Program-made: the position numbers and the translations under genes
Shown: positions 1 through 8,951 of the stretch, in pieces
How positions within the stretch are numbered: the first letter of the stretch is position 1
How the letters are laid out: each line of letters begins with the position of its first letter
Virus record (IMG/VR): IMGVR_UViG_3300031992_000021
Span: 98,951 to 162,950 of that record
Strand: one strand, 5' to 3'
DNA from: a virus
Taxonomy: Duplodnaviria; Caudoviricetes
Length of the DNA stretch: 64,000 bases
The notes under the pieces: generated by a model
Databases searched by the model: none
What the model was told of the DNA's origin: nothing
What the model saw: the letters and a program-made list of their open reading frames with translations, nothing else

Positions 1-614
1 CCCATCCGGTGCTCTGCCATCCTTGCCGCAGCGGCACCCGCTCCTCCAGAAGTGGCGCCTTCAATGCCCCTTATCTCCGCTTCGACCTTTGGCAGCTTCC
101 TCTGTGCGGCGGATATCCGATACCAGTCCTTTGCGCTTCTTGCGCCAAGATAACCAGATCCAAGTCCTCCAAGATAAGATCCCCAGGAACCAGCTTCCTG
201 GACCCCTGCGGTGTCTGCCTTGTCCTGACCGGCAGCGTCTGCATCGTAGAACCTTACCGGACCTGCTGCCGTCTGCGCAGACTTCCCGAGACCCTTGCCG
301 AGATTGTATCCGGCGTATGCGCCTGCGGCGCCGGCACCTATAGGGGCAAGAACGCGGATAAGTTTCATCCATGGAGATTCCTTGCGCTTCTCCTCCTCGC
401 TCTTTTCGAGAATGGAAGAAACGATGGCATGAGCCAGAAGGCCGCCGCCGCCGGCGAACGCCCAGTTGGACCAGTCTTTCGACAGGTCTCCTCCGGACGT
501 ACTGTTCGGAAGCTTCATTCCAGACTTGTAGTCCACAAGTTCAGCTCCGGACGGAAGTTCGCTGACGACTTCCCCGGTCGCGCTGTTTACGTACCTTTTC
601 GCTGCTTTTTCCAT
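1..614 (-). CDS. Putative virion/ejection protein with glycine-zipper helices (3' end runs off window)
   Basis: Not in ORF track; manual translation MEKAAKRYVNS...WAFAGGGGLLAHAIV...PIGAGAAGAYAGYNLGKGLGKSAQ... is open to the window edge. Confidence 0.7.
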   Translation of the reverse strand, partial: MEKAAKRYVNSATGEVVSELPSGAELVDYKSGMKLPNSTSGGDLSKDWSNWAFAGGGGLLAHAIVSSILEKSEEEKRKESPWMKLIRVLAPIGAGAAGAYAGYNLGKGLGKSAQTAAGPVRFYDADAAGQDKADTAGVQEAGSWGSYLGGLGSGYLGARSAKDWYRISAAQRKLPKVEAEIRGIEGATSGGAGAAAARMAEHRM

Positions 615-625
615 TGAAGATCCTT

Positions 626-997
626 TCATATCTCAATTACCTCCTCAGTAGGAAGCGTTGCGCCTTTCGTGCGAAGTTCGGTCACTACCGTCTGAAGCCT
701 CTGGATGACCTTCTCCTTCCACGCTATTCCGACTGCGACGGCCTCTTCGTAGGAGCCATAGTCCCTGGAGTCGAATCCCCTGCTGTACGGGAATCCGTGC
801 AGCACGCGAATGAACTCGCTGCCGAAGGTCTTGGACTTTGTCTCGGATTCGTGGACATACTGGATTTCTCCGCCAACGTCGACCTCGGGCTCGCCAAACC
901 TCTCCATGAGTTCGATGTCGCCCTGGCTCCAGTCCTCCGTTGAGACAAGAATGCGGTATACCGCATTGTCCATATCCCTGAAAATACGTATCTTCAT
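626..997 (-). CDS. Hypothetical phage protein
   Basis: 123-aa ORF tightly packed between neighbours in the same orientation. Confidence 0.7.
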   Translation of the reverse strand: MKIRIFRDMDNAVYRILVSTEDWSQGDIELMERFGEPEVDVGGEIQYVHESETKSKTFGSEFIRVLHGFPYSRGFDSRDYGSYEEAVAVGIAWKEKVIQRLQTVVTELRTKGATLPTEEVIEI

Positions 998-999
998 GT

Positions 1000-2469
1000 T
1001 CAGACCCTATTGGAATCCTTTATGGAACTGTCGAGGCTTGTCAGGCGCTCGATGTTTGACATCGCGACGCCCCTGTCGACATCGGAAATCACCTTTGCGT
1101 CGGCAGGAGAGATTGCGATCGAGTTCACTGCGCTGCGCAGGAACGACCTTACCTGTGCCTTGTCGAGAGACACGCGAGGAGAAGTCATCACCATCGCCTT
1201 GTACGTCTCCGCAACCTGGTTGGGGTCTGCATCCCTGATTATGGGATCGTTCGATAGAAGATCGGCAAGGATCATCGATCTCCTGACGTTGAGCAACACC
1301 TGGCGCTCGTTGGCTATTCCTTCGTTCCCGCCAAGCGCTCCGACGGCATCTGAGACCGAAGGTATCGGCATTGTGAGAACGGTGTTGGGAGCAGCCCCCT
1401 TTTCAATGTCCCCCGCAAGCTTCATTACCTCTTCCTCAGAGACACCTGTGTCCCTTATGAGGCTCGCAAGCTTCAGACAGAGGTTGGCATCAGGTATGGA
1501 CTCTCCTGCGTCGGACTCCACTCTCTTCTCTGCACGCTTCTCCTTAGGAATGCCATGAAACATGTCGGCAAGGCCGACATCGTTCTCCTTCCCCTTGAGT
1601 CCTACAGCCTCAAGCATCTCGTTTCTCGCTTCTGCGGCCTTGGAAAGGTAGAAGTCGCGCTTCTTCTCGTATTCCGCAACCATCGCGATGTTGCTCTCGA
1701 TGGTCTCTGCGACCTTGAGCAGGTCGTCAACCAGCCCTGAGTCGAACACGTGCATCTTGGCGAACCTTCCGCCATCGGAATCTGCCACCTTGGTGCTGTA
1801 CTCGGCGATGTTCTTCAAGGCGTTCTCGCTTGAGCAGGCGGCCTTGAACATGTCGGCCATGTCGTCGCTTGCAAAAGGAGCCTCGATTGCCTTGGCGACC
1901 TTTATCGAGTCGCGCTCAACCTCAAGCCTCAGGTTCCTCACAACGTCATCTGCGGCGTCTGCGGCAGACTTGAGCTGTCCGATCTTCTCGTCGATGATCT
2001 TGTACAGGCTGCGCTGGGATACGTTAAGCTCATCGGGAATGCGCTCATTCTCTGCAGAAGCCGCCTTCATCATGGATGCGGCGCCGGATGCACGGGCTTC
2101 GATCGTCGGATTCGTCCTTGACGGGTTGGACCCGTAGAACGAGTAGTCGGCATCCGATTCCGCCGACGCCTTCTTCTGGGTTTGCTTCGAGCACCCGTCA
2201 ACGAGAATCTTAGCAACAGCCTCCTTGCTGGCCAGCTCGCACGAACCTGTAGGATCGCTGGCGTCCTTCTCCTTGTTGAGAGCCGCAAGAGTATTGAACA
2301 TCTCGACGAGACGTTCCGCCTGCTTTTCGTTGAAATCCCATGCTTCCGCGGCGCACGCCACGGCCATGTTTGCGCCCATGCCGCCGTTGTAGTCTGCGGC
2401 GGCAGTCTTGAGCGCTTTCATAAGCTTTTCTTTTATCATGGATCTTTTCTCCAACTCGTACGAATCCAC
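1000..2469 (-). CDS. Hypothetical helical protein, probable virion structural/internal protein
   Basis: 489-aa ORF with many K-x-A motifs (QKKASAE, MMKAASAE, IEKGAAP); own promoter upstream. Confidence 0.7.
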   Translation of the reverse strand: MDSYELEKRSMIKEKLMKALKTAAADYNGGMGANMAVACAAEAWDFNEKQAERLVEMFNTLAALNKEKDASDPTGSCELASKEAVAKILVDGCSKQTQKKASAESDADYSFYGSNPSRTNPTIEARASGAASMMKAASAENERIPDELNVSQRSLYKIIDEKIGQLKSAADAADDVVRNLRLEVERDSIKVAKAIEAPFASDDMADMFKAACSSENALKNIAEYSTKVADSDGGRFAKMHVFDSGLVDDLLKVAETIESNIAMVAEYEKKRDFYLSKAAEARNEMLEAVGLKGKENDVGLADMFHGIPKEKRAEKRVESDAGESIPDANLCLKLASLIRDTGVSEEEVMKLAGDIEKGAAPNTVLTMPIPSVSDAVGALGGNEGIANERQVLLNVRRSMILADLLSNDPIIRDADPNQVAETYKAMVMTSPRVSLDKAQVRSFLRSAVNSIAISPADAKVISDVDRGVAMSNIERLTSLDSSIKDSNRV

Positions 2470-2480
2470 TGTTTGCAGTA

Positions 2481-2509
2481 ATTATACCAAATAGCTCACG
2501 CGATGTCAG
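2481..2509 (-). promoter_or_regulatory. Sigma70-type promoter CTGACA-N17-TATAAT with extended -10 (TG)
   Basis: Minus strand reads ctgaca tcgcgtgagctatttgg tataat, 11 nt before the GTG at 2469. Confidence 0.65.
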
Positions 2510-3582
2510 TTGGCGGGGCCGTAAACCGAACTTACGGTGTTGGTCGGAGATGCGTACTGCTCCCAAGAGGGAATTTCAGGACTGCTCCCCTTCCTCGCGG
2601 CCTCAAGCTCCTGTCTCGATTTCCACCAGTCCTTTGCGGCGTCGACAGCCTGCGGGCCTCCATACATGTGCCATCCGAGGGCATAGGACGGAACCTTGGA
2701 AGCCGCCCCTACCGTCCTTGGCGCCATCTTGCCGATCCTTGTGGCATTCGCCATCCTGCCTAAAGCTCCAACGCCTTTGGACAGGGCACCAATGCTCTTC
2801 ACTCCGCCGGCGAGATTGAGTGCCATCTCCGAATATCCGGCGATGGTGTCCCCTGTCTGGAGATCGGCAATGCGCGGGTCGTTTGCCAGCGCCTCTCCGC
2901 GGCTCTGGAGATCCTCCATCCTCTTTACGAGCTCAGGATACCTTGGATCGCTCTCGGATATGTTACCGTCACCTACGTCCCTCTGAAAAGCCTTAAGGTC
3001 TGAATTGAACCTTTCGTGCTCATCAGCGAAGTCCTTTCCGTATGTTCTGGCCAGATATCCTGGACGTTCCGAATCTACGCGGCTCGTCGCGTAGTCCCTC
3101 CACGACCCAAGCGGGGTGAACCTATCCTGGAATTTGCGTACATTGTTCCCGGCATTCTCGGAAAACATGTCTACGACGCCAGGAACGAACTCGTTTGCCA
3201 CATTTGAAAGGCTCTGTTCAAGCCTCGCATCGGCGTACGGAGCTTCCCTCCATCCGACCTTTGCGCCGGTCGAAATCCCCTTTCCTATGGACTTCAACGA
3301 ATCCTTGAAACGTCCCCAATCGGTGAATGCCTTCCAGCCATGGTTCCTGTCAGCCTCGTTTGCGCCTGCGAAAGCACCTCCCAAAGCGCCAGGAACCGTC
3401 ATGGCCGCTCTGGTGACATACTCATCAACCTCTGGAAACCCCCTGCTTGCAGAGTTGATGAACGCCTTGGCTCCCCTTGCGATGTTGTCCGCACCTTTTC
3501 GGTATACCTCAGGCTTGTATACAGGGGGCACGATGAGCTGCGCCTGCTTTACAAGACGGTCTATCTCAGAAAGTACGCCCAT
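2506..3582 (-). CDS. Hypothetical glycine-zipper protein, probable virion/ejection protein
   Basis: 358-aa ORF; GALGGAFAG and other Gly-rich amphipathic segments; LVKQA near N-terminus; abuts the RNAP gene. Confidence 0.65.
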   Translation of the reverse strand: MGVLSEIDRLVKQAQLIVPPVYKPEVYRKGADNIARGAKAFINSASRGFPEVDEYVTRAAMTVPGALGGAFAGANEADRNHGWKAFTDWGRFKDSLKSIGKGISTGAKVGWREAPYADARLEQSLSNVANEFVPGVVDMFSENAGNNVRKFQDRFTPLGSWRDYATSRVDSERPGYLARTYGKDFADEHERFNSDLKAFQRDVGDGNISESDPRYPELVKRMEDLQSRGEALANDPRIADLQTGDTIAGYSEMALNLAGGVKSIGALSKGVGALGRMANATRIGKMAPRTVGAASKVPSYALGWHMYGGPQAVDAAKDWWKSRQELEAARKGSSPEIPSWEQYASPTNTVSSVYGPAN

Positions 3583-6500
3583 TCAAGCCTCCTTTATCTC
3601 GATTGGATCGTTAGGACCGATCTCTCCGTTGCGGTATGCCGCCACGGCCTCTGCCTTGCTGTTGAAGTACCTCGTAGGCTTCCTGGTCCTGCCCCTTGTA
3701 AGAGCCCACAACCCTGAAATCTGCTCCTTCTCTGGCTTGTAGCGCATCGACTTGAGATCGGTAAGGCTGAACAGGTTCTTGGACGGAAGCATCTTCTCCA
3801 TGGCCTGGTTCGCGGCCTTCATGCTCGCCGGCACGTGGATGTTGACGGTATCTCCGTCGTGGTCCATGTTGAATCCGCTGTCGATGAGCGGACAGACGTG
3901 GATCGAACGCCCCTTGACGATATGAGGCTTGAACGCCATGATATTGAACTTGTGCCACGTAGGCGCACGGTCCATGATAACCGGCCTTTCCTCCATTGCG
4001 TCGTCAAGGATGTGCCTTGCCGTGGCGTTCTTCTCCTCGATCATCTTCTTCGCTGTAAGAGGGGAATACCCTCTCTGGATGAGCTTGCGCTCAACGTGCG
4101 GCTTGTACATTTCCCAGGCCATTTCCTCAGGGATGCCGATCTGGTCCATGTCGAGGTTCTTGTCCGGGATGGTGACGGAACGACCGACGTTGTCCTGCGT
4201 CTTGGATATCACCTTGGACTGGTACATGCCGAACTTTGGTATCGTGCCGATGACCTGGCGTATGGCCCCTTTCAGGTTCTTCGCCTGGCCTTCTGCCGTG
4301 ATCGGATCACCAAGTCCGTAGGCCGCCTTTACGGCGCCGTACACCGCAAGGCGCTCGTCGGCGAGCGCAGATGCCGGAAGCTCCTTGGCAAGTGCCTCGT
4401 AGTTGCTCTTCATCTCGATGAGATCCTTGTAGAGCTCGTTCATGTCTGGAACGAGCGCCACATCTCCCATTTTGGCGACGGGGCGGAACATGGGAGGAAG
4501 GACCGGGACCCTTGTGATCATCCAGTCTTCAGGCTTCTTCCCCATCTCCTTCGCGGCCTTCAGGTATCCGAGCACCTTTATGGCGTTGTCCCGCTGCGAT
4601 CCCCTGCGGTTCTTTATCTCTGCCCTGGCGCGTTCGATGGAGTCGTCGATGTCTATCTTGGAGAGAGCATCCTTGATGGCGTCTCCGCCGGTCTTGCCGT
4701 TGAGTTCCTCGCGCCCGGAGAGAACCGCCTCCATCTTCTTGGCCGTAAGACCGAGTACTCGGCGTACAGGCTCCTCCATCATCGGGTTTGGAACCGCCTC
4801 CGGAAGCACGATCATGCTCCAGCGGTTGCCTCCCATGCCGCCGGTCTTTCCGAGATCGAACATTCCTCCCTTCACAGGCTGGAAATCGGAGTCGACCATC
4901 TGCGAGTTCTCAAGGACGCGCCCCTGTGCGAGCTCGTCGATATCCGCATCGGTCTGAGGCATTATCGACGTGACGTCGCCCTTCTCGACGACGTTCACGC
5001 CGCCGGCCTTTAGCGTATTGAGGAACTTCTTGTAGATGAACGGCACTCCAGGCTCTTCGACCGGCAACCCAAGACGGTAGCGGCGCCAGAACTCGTCGTT
5101 CATCTGGCCGCGGGTCGTCATCGAGTCCTTGATCACCTCTGTTGCTCCGTGCGACAGGAGGGCGAGGTTGTCGAATCCGGATATGCGCTTCGCTCCGTCT
5201 ACGCCTCCCTTGGCCGGCTGCTCGTCCTGCGTATAGGCTCCGTCAACGCCGCGGGCGGAGTATTTCTTCTCGGCGAGGTGATGAAAAGCCTTTACGTACG
5301 AATATCCATCGCCTACATTGCGGATTGTACGTCCTGTCTGAGGATCGAAAACATCTGCAGTCTCCTTAACGCCGGCGTCGGCCATCTGCTTCTCTGTCCA
5401 CGCAAGCCATCCCTCAGGAGGAGGAAGCTGCGGTAGACGGATCTGCTTTCCGGTCTTCTTGGCGACCTTGGCGAGATTCATGAGCATCACCTGCCCAGGA
5501 GCGACACGGGAAAGGAACCCCATCGGGTTCATGAGCATGTCGTAAGGCTCGTTTGTGGTGGCGTCCCGCGGCATCTTGTCCATGGGAAGTATTCCGCCGA
5601 CAACACCCTTGAGCCCCTGTTCCGGCGACAGCTTGTCACCAACCTTCACAGGCGGCTCGCTCTTCACGATGACCTTTACTCCATGTGCGCCGGCCACGAC
5701 GTCGGTGACTACTCCAGGCCAGTCGTGCTCCCATTTCTGGGACTTGTCGGTAAGCGCATTCTTGAGAACGCTCGACAGCTTCCCGAGCTGGGCATCTTCG
5801 GCCGAGAGCATCTTAGGCCCGATCGCCAGAATCATGGGATCGTCTCGATGGAGGACCGTCCCAACCTTCACGACGCCATTTTCGTCTATAGTGTCGGACT
5901 GGGCCTTCGTGTAGGCTTTCGGGAACGCGGCAAGATACTTGTTCCGTGCCACCTGAACGCCCTCTTTCGTGTCCTGCTCGAACCCGTAGAGCCTCGAAGT
6001 GGCGAGCTTCTTGGCCGCATCTTCGGATATCACGATTGCGTCTTCGTAGGAGGAAACGCCTGCAGGAGCGGGAAGGACCGCAACCTTTAGGTTACGCCCC
6101 ATGTTCATCGCGCCGGTCTTGGCGTCGGTGAAGTTCGAGTTTGCGAGAATCCCGCCCTCCTGAACCTCGTCTCCTTTCTTGACCTGCGAAAAGTACGTTA
6201 TGCCGGTCATCCGGTTGAACGGAAGCCCTTGTACAAGACTGGACGTATGAGTCTGTCCGTCCTTGCCGCGAATGACGATCTCCTTGTCGTTGGCCTTGAT
6301 GACAGTGCCGGCGAACGGAGCCGTAAGACATCCCACCTTGCGCCCGTAGAACTCGCTGAAAGTAGCCTTTCCGTCGTCCATGAGGCTGTCCACCAGCGGT
6401 ACTTCGCCCTCCTTCTGCGGAAGGTACTGCTCCCAGAACTTGGACATGTAGAACTGGCGCCCTGCCTGAACCGTTGAAGGCATCGGAGTCATGTTGATGC

Positions 6501-8940
6501 CGGCGGAAACAGTATTTCCGAATCCGGGAACCATGTAGTCGACCTCGTCACGATCAACCATGGTGGGAATACCCTTGCGCATGGCGTACAGACGAGGAGC
6601 CTTCGGATCCTGTCCGGGGAAAGCGACCGTGTGCGATGCCGCGTCGTCAAGGGCCACGTATCTGGTCTTGCCGGTCCGAAGATCCATCATCTTGTTGTAG
6701 AGCCTGTTGTCGCTGCCCTTCATGGTGCCGAGCGCCGCCCGGACGTCGATGCCGATCCCGAAAGATTCAGGGCCGCTGATGAAGTCGACAAACCCAAGAT
6801 AGTCTCCCTGAACGTTGCGTGCCTCCGGAGTAACAAGATCCGGAGAAGATATGCCGCCCTCGCCCAAACGCGTGATGCGCGACTGCTGGGTGAGGATTGA
6901 CAGGGGGTTAGCCTCCTCGCCCGGCATGGCGAGGCCGGAACCCGAAAGGAAAGTGTCGAGATACGGAGCAAGAGCGTTGCGCCCGATTCTGGCAAGGTTC
7001 TTGTCCCGCTTTGCCCTGAACAGCATGGACTTGGTGAGCCTGCCGGCGTCCTTGTCGATGCGCTCGCGCATCATGTCCTCGATGCCGTAGAACTTGCTGA
7101 AGCGAGGGTTGTCGCGTTCGTCAGGATCTTCGGCGCCGCGGTTGATGTTGAGGAGCTTCTGGGCCGCCCTGAGGATCACCTGTCCGGTAACGCCATTTAC
7201 ATTCTCAAGTCCGAGCGTGCGTACGACAACATCCGGATCGAGTCCGCTTCCTGAAAGCGCCTCGCTCACGAACTTTGCCTTGTCCGCAGGAGAAAGGCTC
7301 ATGTCGGCCTTGCGTCCGGCATACCTGGCGTAGACCTTGTCGAGGGCACGCGGATCCATCTTTCCGACGTTTACGGAAGTCACCTCGTTGCCCCAAGACT
7401 TCCTGATGTCCTCGTCAGACACGCCGATCGCCCTGAGCACGGGATATAGAGGCACATGGCCCTGCCCGACGCTCATGTTGAGGGCGCCGGTCTCGCGGTC
7501 GAGACCTATCCTGAATCCAAGACCGTTCGCGACGTTGAACTGGGATTCGAGTTCGCCGTTCTGCTTGCGGCGAACGTACACGCCAGGGGAGAGGCGTGCC
7601 TGAGAAATGACCGTATACTCGTTGCCGTTGTTGATGATCGTCCCGCGGTCGGTATAGTACGGAACCCTTATGATCCCGTCGCGTCGCTCGTCGAGAACCT
7701 TACCAGTCTTCTTGTCTGTAAGGCGCCATGTGCCGGCTATGGAACACCCAAGCCTGCGGTTGTTGAGAAGGGCCTGCTTCTGCTGCTCGAGCGTGTAGGA
7801 CGTAGGCCCCTCGTACTTCACGTCGCGAAGTTCGAGCCTTACGTCGTCGTCCTCGACCGGGAAACGGTTCTTGACCGCCTCCAGGACGTTGTCCATGATG
7901 GCAGTGCGGGTAGCCGGAGCATCGATGAACGAGCGGAGCTTGACGCCGGCCGGAACTCCTTCCATGGGATCGTCCTGCTTGGCCTCTGCCGTCTTCTCCT
8001 GTTTCTTTGCGAAAAACTTTCTGACCTTCTCGCGCTGCTCTTCCTCAAGCTTGACAAGGAGCTTTTCCGCATCCTCTTCGGAATCAGCCAGAGGCAACGG
8101 CCAGTCTCCATGCCCGCCGTACATTGCCAGTCCAAGCGTCCTGTTCTTTTCTCCGTCATGCCCTGTATGATCAAGCCAGCAACACCAGTAGTCACGGCCA
8201 TTATCGCGCTTGCCACCGTAGTACCATCCAACTATCTTCCCTATCTTCGGTCCTCTCACGCAAGGTTCGACGACCCACTTCCCCTTAGGGAACTTCTTCT
8301 TCATCTCCTCTGGGACAGGATGGTCGGCATCATCCTCCGGAGCAGCTTCCGCAGCCTTGACCTTTATGGTATCGACTATCGGCTTTACGGACGCGTACTC
8401 GTGAAAAGGCTTGGTCTTGCGGGTGGAAGAATCGATCCACTTGCGGAACTCGGCCTTCGTGACCGGCGTGATCCAGCCAAGTCCGCCCCAACCCTTCTGG
8501 TAGCAGGCAAGGTACGTCTTCTTGGCGTCCTCGATGCTGTCGAATCCGTACATGACCTTGTGCTCGTCGAACTTCTTGGTCTTGGGATCGATCTGGTCGA
8601 TGACGAACACGGCTCCCTTCTCAGGATGGTCGGAAAGGTAGATGTCGACAGGATCCCCGTCGACGCTCTCCGTGCCGCGGATGTCGCCGTAGTCGCAGGC
8701 GAGCATGTTGCGCCACTTCGTTCCGTCAGGAGACGTCCCGGAACGGTACGAGCCCTTCGGATTCTCGATGGAAATGCGGAAGCCGTCAAGGTTGAGATGT
8801 ACCTTGCGGTAGTTTCCGACGCGCTTCTGCCCGTCGGTAGGATCCTTTGCGGCATCCGGAGCGCCTGCGTTCACAGCCCTCTGCGCAGGCGAAGACGCCC
8901 GCTTGCCGAACATCTGCTGTATGGTTTCGGTAAGGGTCAT
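3583..8940 (-). CDS. Phage multisubunit-type RNA polymerase: N-terminal inorganic pyrophosphatase domain + beta-like + beta' N-terminal half fusion
   Basis: PPase motif DGDPVDI; beta motifs FPVED..RGTIINNG..SQARLSPGVY, VGDKLS..GLKGVV..MP..DMLMNPMGFLSR..GQ, HHLAEKKYSAR; beta' motifs PEDWMITRVPVLPPMFRP, GRSV, RAPTWHK, catalytic NMDHDGD at 3850-3870. Confidence 0.93.
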   Translation of the reverse strand: MTLTETIQQMFGKRASSPAQRAVNAGAPDAAKDPTDGQKRVGNYRKVHLNLDGFRISIENPKGSYRSGTSPDGTKWRNMLACDYGDIRGTESVDGDPVDIYLSDHPEKGAVFVIDQIDPKTKKFDEHKVMYGFDSIEDAKKTYLACYQKGWGGLGWITPVTKAEFRKWIDSSTRKTKPFHEYASVKPIVDTIKVKAAEAAPEDDADHPVPEEMKKKFPKGKWVVEPCVRGPKIGKIVGWYYGGKRDNGRDYWCCWLDHTGHDGEKNRTLGLAMYGGHGDWPLPLADSEEDAEKLLVKLEEEQREKVRKFFAKKQEKTAEAKQDDPMEGVPAGVKLRSFIDAPATRTAIMDNVLEAVKNRFPVEDDDVRLELRDVKYEGPTSYTLEQQKQALLNNRRLGCSIAGTWRLTDKKTGKVLDERRDGIIRVPYYTDRGTIINNGNEYTVISQARLSPGVYVRRKQNGELESQFNVANGLGFRIGLDRETGALNMSVGQGHVPLYPVLRAIGVSDEDIRKSWGNEVTSVNVGKMDPRALDKVYARYAGRKADMSLSPADKAKFVSEALSGSGLDPDVVVRTLGLENVNGVTGQVILRAAQKLLNINRGAEDPDERDNPRFSKFYGIEDMMRERIDKDAGRLTKSMLFRAKRDKNLARIGRNALAPYLDTFLSGSGLAMPGEEANPLSILTQQSRITRLGEGGISSPDLVTPEARNVQGDYLGFVDFISGPESFGIGIDVRAALGTMKGSDNRLYNKMMDLRTGKTRYVALDDAASHTVAFPGQDPKAPRLYAMRKGIPTMVDRDEVDYMVPGFGNTVSAGINMTPMPSTVQAGRQFYMSKFWEQYLPQKEGEVPLVDSLMDDGKATFSEFYGRKVGCLTAPFAGTVIKANDKEIVIRGKDGQTHTSSLVQGLPFNRMTGITYFSQVKKGDEVQEGGILANSNFTDAKTGAMNMGRNLKVAVLPAPAGVSSYEDAIVISEDAAKKLATSRLYGFEQDTKEGVQVARNKYLAAFPKAYTKAQSDTIDENGVVKVGTVLHRDDPMILAIGPKMLSAEDAQLGKLSSVLKNALTDKSQKWEHDWPGVVTDVVAGAHGVKVIVKSEPPVKVGDKLSPEQGLKGVVGGILPMDKMPRDATTNEPYDMLMNPMGFLSRVAPGQVMLMNLAKVAKKTGKQIRLPQLPPPEGWLAWTEKQMADAGVKETADVFDPQTGRTIRNVGDGYSYVKAFHHLAEKKYSARGVDGAYTQDEQPAKGGVDGAKRISGFDNLALLSHGATEVIKDSMTTRGQMNDEFWRRYRLGLPVEEPGVPFIYKKFLNTLKAGGVNVVEKGDVTSIMPQTDADIDELAQGRVLENSQMVDSDFQPVKGGMFDLGKTGGMGGNRWSMIVLPEAVPNPMMEEPVRRVLGLTAKKMEAVLSGREELNGKTGGDAIKDALSKIDIDDSIERARAEIKNRRGSQRDNAIKVLGYLKAAKEMGKKPEDWMITRVPVLPPMFRPVAKMGDVALVPDMNELYKDLIEMKSNYEALAKELPASALADERLAVYGAVKAAYGLGDPITAEGQAKNLKGAIRQVIGTIPKFGMYQSKVISKTQDNVGRSVTIPDKNLDMDQIGIPEEMAWEMYKPHVERKLIQRGYSPLTAKKMIEEKNATARHILDDAMEERPVIMDRAPTWHKFNIMAFKPHIVKGRSIHVCPLIDSGFNMDHDGDTVNIHVPASMKAANQAMEKMLPSKNLFSLTDLKSMRYKPEKEQISGLWALTRGRTRKPTRYFNSKAEAVAAYRNGEIGPNDPIEIKEA

Positions 8941-8951
8941 CGCGTTGCCTT

